From NCBI GenBank assembly GCA_002720855.1, contig PBIN01000014.1:705076-769075 (forward strand): 64,000 nucleotides of DNA. The letters run 5' to 3'. Positions 1 through 8,266 of this stretch are shown here, piece after piece (within the stretch, counting starts at the first letter, position 1; each line of letters opens with the position of its first letter). The translations under genes were made by a program, and so were the position numbers. Under the pieces are notes generated by a model. That model was given only the letters and a program-made list of their open reading frames with translations, had not been told where the DNA came from and searched no databases. The stretch is from Rhodospirillaceae bacterium (GTDB lineage: Bacteria; Pseudomonadota; Alphaproteobacteria; MPNO01; UBA2964).

Positions 1-189
1 ATTACAGATTTTGGAAATTGCTTTTCCGCCAGCTGCTTCAATGTCGGCTGCGGTTTTGGCAACCGTTTCCTCAACGACATCGACGCAGCAAACCGCCGCA
101 CCCTCTGCGCCGAATCTTCTTGCGATAGCGCCTGCAATGCCGCCACCGGCAGCGGTTACAAATGCGGCTTTGCCGTCGAGCATTCCCAT
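1..189 (-). CDS. short-chain dehydrogenase/reductase (SDR), N-terminal fragment; gene continues beyond the left edge
   Basis: Reverse-strand translation from ATG at 189..187 reads MGMLDGKAAFVTAAGGGIAGAIARRFGAEGAAV..., the Gly-rich Rossmann motif of SDRs. Too short to appear in the ORF track. Confidence 0.7.
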   Translation of the reverse strand, partial: MGMLDGKAAFVTAAGGGIAGAIARRFGAEGAAVCCVDVVEETVAKTAADIEAAGGKAISKICN

Positions 190-208
190 CCTGGTCTCCT
201 GTTGTAAA

Positions 209-577
209 TTATCCCCTGAATTCTATTGCTTCACCGTCAGGACCGGCAAAGACGACGCGCCGCCAGCCTTCCTCTCGTGCTTCTCGAGCACCGGTTTCAT
301 GTGGTTCCGTAAGGACCGGAAGACCAGCTTCTCTCAATCGAGCGACATCCTTGTCAAAATCATCGGACTCAAAACAAAAATGAAATCCGTCCATCTTCCC
401 CGTTCCGCAATGGACGAGTTCGAGGACGGTATTGCCGGAGCGCAGATAGGCGATACGCATCCCATCTCTTACAACGTGTTCGGAGTATAGTTCGCAGTTG
501 AAAATATCCTGGTAAAATGCAACCGAGCGATCAAGATCGGTAACATCAAGCGCTACGTGATCAATCCGTAAAAACAT
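209..577 (-). CDS. VOC family protein (glyoxalase/bleomycin-resistance/dioxygenase fold)
   Basis: 122-aa ORF. N-terminus IDHVALDVTDLDRSVAFYQDIF and a C-terminal GPDGEAIEF are typical VOC signatures. Confidence 0.8.
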   Translation of the reverse strand: MFLRIDHVALDVTDLDRSVAFYQDIFNCELYSEHVVRDGMRIAYLRSGNTVLELVHCGTGKMDGFHFCFESDDFDKDVARLREAGLPVLTEPHETGAREAREEGWRRVVFAGPDGEAIEFRG

Positions 578-779
578 TTGGTTTTCCTCTTCAATTATTC
601 AGATCACAGCATTTACCGCGACAGGCCCGGTGTCAAACAGCCATCGGCGGATTTTGTGATAACTTATAATCAAGCATGACGATCGAGGGTTGGAGGACTA
701 TAAAGGCGGTGTCGGAAATCGTTGGGTGCCAGTTGGCTTAGGGGATAGCCAGCTTAAAATTGAATTGGAGAAGGTAAGA

Positions 780-1570
780 ATGAAAAAGGTCTTGATAGGG
801 GTCGCCGTCATTTTGGTGGTAGTCGGCGGTGTAGTTGGCTACGGGATTTTAAATGCCGATAGTCTGATTAAGGAAGCCGTGGAAAAATACGGATCGGAGG
901 CGACAAAATCCCAAGTTACGTTGAATGCTGTCGAATTATCAATCAAGGATGGTACTGCGAAGCTAAAAGGATTTCGGTAGGGGAATCCGGCGGGATTCAA
1001 AACCGATAAGGCTATGAGTTTCGCGGTCGTGAACGTGAAAATTGATACTGATACTGTCACGAAGGACGTGATTGTAATCAAGGAAGTCGTAATCGAATCG
1101 CCAGAAATAACTTATGAGAAGGTGGACGGTAAGGCGAATTTCGATGTCATTCAGAAAAATGTCGATGATTACGCGAAATCGAAAGGTTTGGGTGGTGAAA
1201 AGAAAGAAGCCAAATCCGATGAAGAGGGACCCAAACTCAGAATTGAGAATCTCTACGTTCGGAATGGAAAGGTTGCGTTAAAGACGGGGTTTACTTTGGG
1301 CAAAGAAATTGGTGGTTCTTTGCCAACCATCCATTTGAAGGATATTGGGGAAAAAGGTAAGGGAGCGACCATCGGAGAGGTAACCAGTCAAATCGTTAGC
1401 GCAATCGTTGGCAGTGTTACCAATGTCGGAAAATCGTTATTTGATGGCGCTCAGAAGGCTTTAAAAGGTGCTGCTGAAGGCGCCAAGAAGCTGCTGGAGG
1501 GTGGACAGACGGTGCTGGTAAGATGCTCGAAGGCACCACCAAGTCCATAAAGGGCTTGTTTGGCAAGTAG
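780..1570 (+). pseudogene. conserved membrane-anchored hypothetical protein, interrupted by an in-frame TAG (978..980) and a probable frameshift near 1500-1510
   Basis: ORFs 690..980 and 1014..1550 share one frame and are separated only by TAG. ATG at 780 follows GGAG/AAGG and gives MKKVLIGVAVILVVVGG (TM anchor). From 1508 another frame reads DGAGKMLEGTTKSIKGLFGK*, continuing the G/A/K-rich repeats. Confidence 0.55.
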
Positions 1571-1586
1571 AAGCTTGCTGGAATAT

Positions 1587-1610
1587 GGCGGTTGTTAAAA
1601 AACAACCGCC
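1587..1610 (+). terminator. perfect 10-bp hairpin (GGCGGTTGTT-AAAA-AACAACCGCC) downstream of the broken gene
   Basis: Inverted repeat read directly from the sequence. There is no clear T-tract after it, so intrinsic-terminator function is uncertain. Confidence 0.35.
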
Positions 1611-1655
1611 AGAATTCTATAATAATGACCGTAAAAACTGGTCTGGGAGGTGTTG

Positions 1656-2441
1656 ATGGCGCCAGATGGAATGCAGTCGATTAACATTCCGTCACTTCGG
1701 GGCAAGGTTAGTGACGAAGAATGGAGTGCCCGGGTTGATCTCGCCTGCGCTTATCGCCTGGTTGCCCATTACGGATGGACCCATGTGACGGCGAACCATA
1801 TTTCCTTACGCGTTCCCGGTGACGATGAGCATTTTCTACTAAATCCCTACGGTCTTCTGTTCGAAGAGGTAACGGCCTCAAGCCTCGTTAAAATAGATTT
1901 AGATGGCAATAAGGTGATGGATAGCGAGTTTGGTATTAATCAGGCTGGCTATGTCATTCACAGCGCGGTCCATGGAGCCCGTAAAGACATTACCTGTGCT
2001 TTACATACCCATACAGAAGCGGGGATGGCCGTATCATCGCAAAAAGACGGGCTCTTGCCGCTCAATATGAGTGCCATCAGATTTTATGGCCGGCTAGCCT
2101 ACCATGACTATGAAGGTGTGACGATTGATGTCGAGGAGCGCGAAAATATCGTTGAACATCTCGGCAATCACTACGCAATGATCCTTCGCAACCATGGGCT
2201 TTTGACGTTAGGTCGTAATCTCGGTGAAGCTTTTTATCTTATGTACAATCTGGAAAAAGCCTGTCGTGCCCAGATAGCGGCGATGGCAGGCGGCGCTGAA
2301 CTAGAGATTCCCCCAGAGCACGTTCTACAGAAATCTGCCGAACAGAGCTGGCGGCCAAATAACAACAATCCCGACCAGCACCCGGCATGGCCAGCGCTGA
2401 TGCGCAAGATGGATCGGATCGACCCTTCTTATCGGGAATAA
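1656..2441 (+). CDS. class II aldolase/adducin family protein (paralogue 1)
   Basis: ALHTHTEAG (HxH Zn ligands) and ILRNHGLLTLG (third His) are present. ATG at 1656 lies 5 nt after GGGAGG; the ORF track starts at GTG 1650. Confidence 0.85.
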   Translation: MAPDGMQSINIPSLRGKVSDEEWSARVDLACAYRLVAHYGWTHVTANHISLRVPGDDEHFLLNPYGLLFEEVTASSLVKIDLDGNKVMDSEFGINQAGYVIHSAVHGARKDITCALHTHTEAGMAVSSQKDGLLPLNMSAIRFYGRLAYHDYEGVTIDVEERENIVEHLGNHYAMILRNHGLLTLGRNLGEAFYLMYNLEKACRAQIAAMAGGAELEIPPEHVLQKSAEQSWRPNNNNPDQHPAWPALMRKMDRIDPSYRE

Positions 2442-2461
2442 TTGGCGTTTAACCGAAGTTT

Positions 2462-3289
2462 CTAGCTTCTGCCGCCTGCTTCGATCTTTTGTTCTGTAAT
2501 CGACATGAACTTTTCGCGTGTGTCCATCATCGCCTGGATACAATCAGGATCCATGTCCTGCTTGGGCACCGGGTCCAAACCCCAATAGCCGTGGGTGTCT
2601 TCGCCACGCAATAGCATTGCAGTCGCGCCCTCATAACGGGTCTCACGAACATGCGGCGCAACATAGTGGATTGAGAAACCGATGCGCGGATGATTGGCGT
2701 TGTTCGGACCGGAACTATGCACCACACTTTCATGGTGCAAAACGACCTGTCCCGCCTTTAACTCAGCGTAAACCGCTTCATCTTCGGGTACGTTAATCAC
2801 GTTCTGGCCCAATGTCGCCAGGTTGTCCGGGTGCGGTTTAATCTCGTGTGTAGAAACTTGCTTGTGAGAGCCGGCAATGTAGCGAAGACAACCTGACTCG
2901 ATCGTCGAATCATTGAAACCCAACCAGGCCGTCACGGTTTCTGCAGGTTCAAATCCATAAACAAAACTGTCCGTATGCCACGAGATGAACCGTGGATCGT
3001 TGGCCTTTTTAGTAAAGAATGATGCGCCCCAACAAAGGATGTTGGGGCCGACTAAGTCCTCTACGGCGTCCAGAAGTTTTTCATTGCTGACAATGTCGCA
3101 TAGCCAAGGAAACGGAAGCTGTGCCTTGATCCGAAAGCGGTTCTGGGGTTCTTCGCCGAGCTGTTCTTCTAGCGCATTAAACTTCTGCCAAAGTCCTGCC
3201 GCTTCCTCCTCAGTATAGACATCATAGGGAAACAGAAATCCATCGTCATGGAACTGTTGAACCTGTTGTTCACTAAGAGCCTTGGGCAT
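2462..3289 (-). CDS. phytanoyl-CoA dioxygenase (PhyH) family Fe(II)/2-oxoglutarate oxygenase
   Basis: 275 aa. N-terminal QFHDDGFL, an HxD motif in SWHTDSF, a distal His in HHESVVHSSGPN, and a GAGGAA RBS upstream. Confidence 0.85.
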   Translation of the reverse strand: MPKALSEQQVQQFHDDGFLFPYDVYTEEEAAGLWQKFNALEEQLGEEPQNRFRIKAQLPFPWLCDIVSNEKLLDAVEDLVGPNILCWGASFFTKKANDPRFISWHTDSFVYGFEPAETVTAWLGFNDSTIESGCLRYIAGSHKQVSTHEIKPHPDNLATLGQNVINVPEDEAVYAELKAGQVVLHHESVVHSSGPNNANHPRIGFSIHYVAPHVRETRYEGATAMLLRGEDTHGYWGLDPVPKQDMDPDCIQAMMDTREKFMSITEQKIEAGGRS

Positions 3290-3303
3290 AGCTGAATTCC
3301 TCG

Positions 3304-4188
3304 CTATTTGCGCTTGTATGTCCCAACGCCTGGGCGGAATGACTTCGAATCCAGGAACTGACGCATACCTTCCTGCCGGCCTTGTTCTTTGTCGACACGC
3401 TGCAATGCATCACTTTTGCACCGGAGATAATCCGCAGCTTGTTCCATATTCATATCGCGAACTGAACGGATTGCCTCTTTGGTGTATTGAATTGCCCAAG
3501 GATTCTTTTTCATTAGTTTTCGGGCGATCTTGAGCGTTTCCGATTTAAGTTTGTTGTGGGGAACGGAGAAGTTGACGAACTTCATTGCGGCCGCTTCTTT
3601 GCCGTTAAAAGTGTCACCCGAAATCGAGTACCACATAGCGTCCCGGAAACTCATAACCTGATTGACATTCCAACCGACAAGGCCACCCGGGATATGCCCC
3701 CAATTGATCTCCGAAATGCCGAAAGTAGCGGTATGGGAGGCAACCGCGACATCGCAGGAAACGATCGGCGTCAATCCTCCTCCGAAGACAAATCCATTGA
3801 CCATCGCAATCGTTGGTTTCGGGAATCCGATTAGACGATAGGACCGCCAACTCTCGGATGCGGCAGCAGCGCGCGCCCGGGCAACAGGATCGTTTGAGAG
3901 ACCCCGGAAATAGGTTTTGAGATCCTGCCCGGCGCAAAATGCTTTACCGGCTCCGGTGATAATTAGAACTTTAGTATCGGAATCGACTGCCAGTTTTTCC
4001 AGAGCATCGTCCATGTCGTGATGCAGTTGCGGGCTCATCGCGTTACGTTTTTCAGGCCGATTCAGCGTCACAATTGTGATGCCGTCTTTGCGTTGATCAA
4101 CGAGCACGTTTTCATATTTGTATTTCGGCGCCGCTTTGCGGGTTGATGCTTTTTTTGACGCTTTCTTGGCTGCGGGTTTTCTCGCCAT
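3304..4188 (-). CDS. enoyl-CoA hydratase/aldolase, HCHL-like (crotonase superfamily), with a Lys/Ala-rich N-terminal tail
   Basis: GITIVTLNRPEKRNAMSP, AGQDLKTYF, SEINWG and a C-terminal GMRQFLDSKSFRPGVGTYKRK align with my recollection of P. fluorescens hydroxycinnamoyl-CoA hydratase-lyase. The N-terminus is MARKPAAKKASKKASTRKAAPK. Confidence 0.85.
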   Translation of the reverse strand: MARKPAAKKASKKASTRKAAPKYKYENVLVDQRKDGITIVTLNRPEKRNAMSPQLHHDMDDALEKLAVDSDTKVLIITGAGKAFCAGQDLKTYFRGLSNDPVARARAAAASESWRSYRLIGFPKPTIAMVNGFVFGGGLTPIVSCDVAVASHTATFGISEINWGHIPGGLVGWNVNQVMSFRDAMWYSISGDTFNGKEAAAMKFVNFSVPHNKLKSETLKIARKLMKKNPWAIQYTKEAIRSVRDMNMEQAADYLRCKSDALQRVDKEQGRQEGMRQFLDSKSFRPGVGTYKRK

Positions 4189-4215
4189 CGGTTTATCTCC
4201 TTGTGAGTTAGTTGT

Positions 4216-5373
4216 TTAGTATTCGCGCAAAATGTTGCGCGCTATAACCATCTTCATGATTTCTGTTGGGCCTTCAGTGATGCGGAAACTGCGCGACTGA
4301 CGCCAGAAATTCTCAATCGGAAGATCTTCTGTCAGCCCTATACCACCATGGATTTGCAGACACCGGTCAGCCGCCCGAAATCCGAGCTCGTCAGCGTACA
4401 TTTTCTGAATAAAGCCATCCGTTCGATCAACGTTGCCTTCAGCGGCGCGGTCGGCGACGTTGTAGACCATCAGTCGCGCCGCCTGAAGTTCGACATAGGT
4501 ATCCGTAATCATCCATTGTACGGCCTGCCTGTTCGCCAGCGGCTCGCCAAATGTTTCACGTTGTTTGGCATATTCACACATTAAATCAAGACAACGCTGC
4601 GCCGTGCCAACGCCACGGGACCCATGTTTCAAACGGCCATTGGCAAGGAACCTCTGACCGAGAGAGAAACCCTGACCCTCCTCACCGATGCGCTTTTCGA
4701 CCGGAACCTCGACATTGTCGAAGTGTATAATATAAGGCTTATCTCCCATCATGGTGTCGAATTGACCTGCAATGGTCACGCCAGGGGAATCCATATCTAC
4801 CAGGAACATCGAAATTCCGCCCCGTGAACCCTTCTCCTTATCCGTTACCGCCAAAAGCTGGGCAAAATCGGCATTGCCGGCTTCCGTAATCCACTGTTTG
4901 GTGCCGTTAATCACATAGTGATCGCCTTTGAGCTCCGCTGTTGTTCGCATGCCACCGGGATCGCCGCCGGCATCAGGCTCACTTTGCGCAAAACATGCTC
5001 TTTTCTCGCCGTTCAGAACGGGAAATAAATATTGTTCTTTTAATTCGTCGCTAAGTTCATAAAGCGGTGCTCTTACCTGGGGCCCCATGATGCCGCCAAG
5101 GCCACGGGTCGGCACAGCGACAGTACGGCCTAACTGTTCCCAAACAATGCACAGTGAGATCAGGTCAGCACCAACGCCACCGTACTCTTCGGGTACTTCC
5201 ATTTTCCAGATGCCGAGCTCTTTGGCGCGTGCGTGATATTTTTCTTTCCAATCAGGCTTGAGTTCGCCGTCCTCATCGCAAGTTTCCATCTCGACTGGAA
5301 TCATTTCCTCGTCGACAAACCGCTTCATCGTTTCCCGGAAAAGCTGATGTTCTTCGGAAAGCGGATACTCCAT
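4216..5373 (-). CDS. acyl-CoA dehydrogenase (paralogue A)
   Basis: 385 aa. SEPDAGGDPGGMRTTA, QIHGGIGLTEDLPIE and ITEGPTEIMK motifs; GGAGA RBS. Confidence 0.9.
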   Translation of the reverse strand: MEYPLSEEHQLFRETMKRFVDEEMIPVEMETCDEDGELKPDWKEKYHARAKELGIWKMEVPEEYGGVGADLISLCIVWEQLGRTVAVPTRGLGGIMGPQVRAPLYELSDELKEQYLFPVLNGEKRACFAQSEPDAGGDPGGMRTTAELKGDHYVINGTKQWITEAGNADFAQLLAVTDKEKGSRGGISMFLVDMDSPGVTIAGQFDTMMGDKPYIIHFDNVEVPVEKRIGEEGQGFSLGQRFLANGRLKHGSRGVGTAQRCLDLMCEYAKQRETFGEPLANRQAVQWMITDTYVELQAARLMVYNVADRAAEGNVDRTDGFIQKMYADELGFRAADRCLQIHGGIGLTEDLPIENFWRQSRSFRITEGPTEIMKMVIARNILREY

Positions 5374-5528
5374 CCTGTGTCTCCCTGAGCATATTTTTTC
5401 TTAAGATAGGATGATCGGAGTGAGACCGTCACTTGTCAATGCGACGGGGCCAGATTGACCGCTTGCTGCCGCGGGTCTAGAACAACATAAAGCCAAATTT
5501 CGGAAAGCAAATTTCAGGGAGAAACAAG

Positions 5529-6524
5529 ATGGCCGATGGGTTCCGCGCCTTGGTTCTGGACGAGGCGGAAAAGGGCGTTTCGGCGTCGATACAGGAATTG
5601 ACCGATGATCAGCTTCCTGAAGGGGATGTGACGGTTTCTGTCTCTCATTCAACTTTGAATTACAAAGATGGAATGATCCTTAAAGGGATCGGACGGCTCG
5701 TAAGAAACTACCCCCATGTTCCGGGTGTAGATTTTGCCGGTACCGTCGAAGCCTCGGAATCGAGTGAATATAAAACAGGCGATAAAGTTGTTCTGACCGG
5801 TTGGCGTGTCGGCGAAGTGCATTGGGGCGGTTACGCACAAAAGGCGCGAGTAAAGTCCGATTGGTTGGTGCCATTACCTGACTCAATGACAGAACAACGC
5901 GCGATGGCGATTGGCACGGCTGGTTTTACGGCCATGCTGGCGGTAATGGAGCTGGAAGCGCATGGCGTGACACCGGATAGCGGTCCTGTTCTTGTGACAG
6001 GTGGAAATGGTGGTGTTGGTGGTGTTGCGATAGGGATTCTTTCGGGTCTTGGCTATGAGGTACATACGTCTACCGGTCGCCCTCAACTCGCCGATCACCT
6101 CAAGGCCATTGGGGCAAGCGAGATAGTCGCTCGCGAGGAACTTGACGTTGTGCCTGAGCGGCCTCTTGCTTCTGAGCGCTGGGCGGGAGCTATCGATGCT
6201 GTTGGAGGCAACACTCTGGCATCTATCCTGCCGCAATTGAAATATCGCGGAGCCATTGCTGCCTGCGGTCTAGCCGGTGGTGCGGACCTTAATTCAACTG
6301 TTATCCCGTTCTTACTACGCGGTGTAAAATTACTCGGAATCGATTCTGTCATGTGTCCGTTTGAACTGCGAAAAACGGCATGGAACCGATTGGCTACCGA
6401 GCTATCTACGGAGTCGCTTGATGCAATAACCGAAATTGTTTCATTGGAAGATCTTCTCGATTTGGCAGGAAAAATTCTGAAAGGTGAAACTCAAGGGCGC
6501 GTTGTCGTCGACCTAAACGCCTGA
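5529..6524 (+). CDS. YhdH/YhfP-family MDR oxidoreductase (acrylyl-CoA reductase AcuI-like)
   Basis: LNYKDGMILKG, YPHVPGVDFAGTV, GTAGFTAMLAV, VTGGNGGVGG and ERWAGAIDAVGG match the YhdH/AcuI pattern along the whole length. Confidence 0.85.
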   Translation: MADGFRALVLDEAEKGVSASIQELTDDQLPEGDVTVSVSHSTLNYKDGMILKGIGRLVRNYPHVPGVDFAGTVEASESSEYKTGDKVVLTGWRVGEVHWGGYAQKARVKSDWLVPLPDSMTEQRAMAIGTAGFTAMLAVMELEAHGVTPDSGPVLVTGGNGGVGGVAIGILSGLGYEVHTSTGRPQLADHLKAIGASEIVAREELDVVPERPLASERWAGAIDAVGGNTLASILPQLKYRGAIAACGLAGGADLNSTVIPFLLRGVKLLGIDSVMCPFELRKTAWNRLATELSTESLDAITEIVSLEDLLDLAGKILKGETQGRVVVDLNA

Positions 6525-6563
6525 GCGGGCGAAGAACAAAGTTTAAAGTTAAGGGGAGCAAGG

Positions 6564-7721
6564 ATGGATTTTAATCTTCCGGAAGAGTTGCAGATGTTGA
6601 AGGATAACCTTCGGCGTTTCGTTGATACTGAGCTCATTCCAATTGAACGCGAAACCAATGACGGCACGGAATTTTTGCCAGGCGTTCAGGAAAAATTGGA
6701 AGAAAAAGCCCGTGATCTCGGTTTGTGGCTTTTCGATGTTCCCGAAGAGTTTGGCGGGCTCGGGCTTGGCCATCTTTCCAAGGCGGTAATGTGGGAGGAA
6801 ATGGCGCGTACCATTGCGATTCCTGCGCGCAACGCGTCGATCTTTGGTCCGCGCGTCAGTCCAATTCTCTATACGCTCAATGACGAACAGAAAGAGGAGT
6901 TTCTCTATCCTGTCGTGAAAGGCGAAAAAACAAGTTGTTTTTGTCAGACGGAACCCGAAGCGGGCGGCGACCCCGGTGGAATGAGGACAACAGCCGTTCG
7001 GGACGGCGATGATTATATCATCAACGGACATAAGCGTTTTATTACCGGAGCTGGGAACGCTGATTTTGCGCAGGTCGTAACTGCGACAGACCGTGAAAAA
7101 GGCTCACGCGGCGGTCTGACAGTATTTCTGGTCGATATGGATACGCCAGGTATTACGAAGTTGCGCCAGCAAGACATGATGATCGCCGACAAACCGTGGG
7201 AGATTCTGTTTGAGGATGTCCGTGTTCCGGTTTCTCAGCGCGTTGGCGAAGAAGGAGACGGGATGCGGGCAGCGCAAAGCTGGTTGACCGAAGGCCGCTT
7301 GCGTCACGGCGCTCGGGGTGTCGGTGTTATTTCCCGGTGTCTTGAGCTTGGTTCAAGCTATTCAAACCAGCGTTCAACATTTGGGGCCAAATTGTCCTCG
7401 AGGCAATCCGTGCAGAATATGCTCGTCAACATGTTTCAAACCCGGCATCAGCTTCAGCTAATGGTCTACAATGCTGCCTGGCGGGCAGATCAGGGCGAGG
7501 ATGTCCGTAAAGAATCTTATATGTGCAAGTATTTTGGTGATGAAATGTCGTTTAAAGCGGCCGATCGCTGTATGCAAATTCACGGCGGTATGGGGCTGAC
7601 AAAAGACCTTCCCATCGAGCAGTTCTTCCGGGATCAGCGGAGCATGGTGATAACGGAAGGTCCCACTGAAATCCTTAAAATGGCATTGGCAAGATTGGTT
7701 CTGCGTGAATATGGCGAGTAA
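6564..7721 (+). CDS. acyl-CoA dehydrogenase (paralogue B)
   Basis: 385 aa, collinear with 4216..5373 (roughly half the residues identical by eye). TEPEAGGDPGGMRTTA and QIHGGMGLTKDLPIE motifs. Confidence 0.9.
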   Translation: MDFNLPEELQMLKDNLRRFVDTELIPIERETNDGTEFLPGVQEKLEEKARDLGLWLFDVPEEFGGLGLGHLSKAVMWEEMARTIAIPARNASIFGPRVSPILYTLNDEQKEEFLYPVVKGEKTSCFCQTEPEAGGDPGGMRTTAVRDGDDYIINGHKRFITGAGNADFAQVVTATDREKGSRGGLTVFLVDMDTPGITKLRQQDMMIADKPWEILFEDVRVPVSQRVGEEGDGMRAAQSWLTEGRLRHGARGVGVISRCLELGSSYSNQRSTFGAKLSSRQSVQNMLVNMFQTRHQLQLMVYNAAWRADQGEDVRKESYMCKYFGDEMSFKAADRCMQIHGGMGLTKDLPIEQFFRDQRSMVITEGPTEILKMALARLVLREYGE

Positions 7722-8226
7722 AACTGAAAGCGCCGCGACCGAACTTCCGCCGGCGCGGCCAAGCTTAAAGACCTTTGCTGCATTTGCAGACCATATTGGT
7801 ATCCGTGTTGTGGAGTGGGAGCTTGATCGCTGCTTGATCGAGTTTGATGTAGATGACCACGTGCTTAACGGTACAGGGGTTTTGCATGGCGGTTGTATGT
7901 CGTCGGTAATTGATACCGCTCTGGCGCATGCAGCAATCTATTGCACGGTTCCTGAGAATTACCGCTCCGGTGCAACCGTAACGCTGACTGTGAACTTCAT
8001 ATTGCCCGTGAAAAAAGGAAGCCGTGTAACGGTTGAGTCCAAGAAAACCGGTGGAGGACGCACGATGTTTATGTCTGTTGCGGAAGCGCGCGATCAGGAT
8101 GGCCGGATCGTCGCCACAGGTCAGGGGATAGGACGTTACCGCGATGGTTGTCATAAGCCGGAAGGATTGCCGAGACCTGATGGTGTAGAAGCCGGGCGTT
8201 CGCCAGGCCGCTTTGCAGAGGGATAA
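7711..8226 (+). CDS. PaaI-family hotdog-fold thioesterase
   Basis: LHGGCMSSVIDTALAHA motif. ATG at 7711 (GTG at 7705 is an alternative) overlaps the stop of the upstream dehydrogenase. Confidence 0.8.
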   Translation: MASKTESAATELPPARPSLKTFAAFADHIGIRVVEWELDRCLIEFDVDDHVLNGTGVLHGGCMSSVIDTALAHAAIYCTVPENYRSGATVTLTVNFILPVKKGSRVTVESKKTGGGRTMFMSVAEARDQDGRIVATGQGIGRYRDGCHKPEGLPRPDGVEAGRSPGRFAEG

Positions 8227-8266
8227 TACAAGAATTTTTAACCTGTTTATTGAGTGAGATTACGAG

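Noticed and set aside
11-490. Plus-strand ORFs 11..490 and 162..383
   Set aside because: They overlap the minus-strand SDR fragment and VOC gene, both of which have clear motifs. The plus-strand products are Ala/Pro/Ser-rich nonsense.
6549-7031. 160-aa minus-strand ORF overlapping the start of acyl-CoA dehydrogenase B
   Set aside because: Antisense to a well-supported gene. It has no RBS and no recognisable domain.
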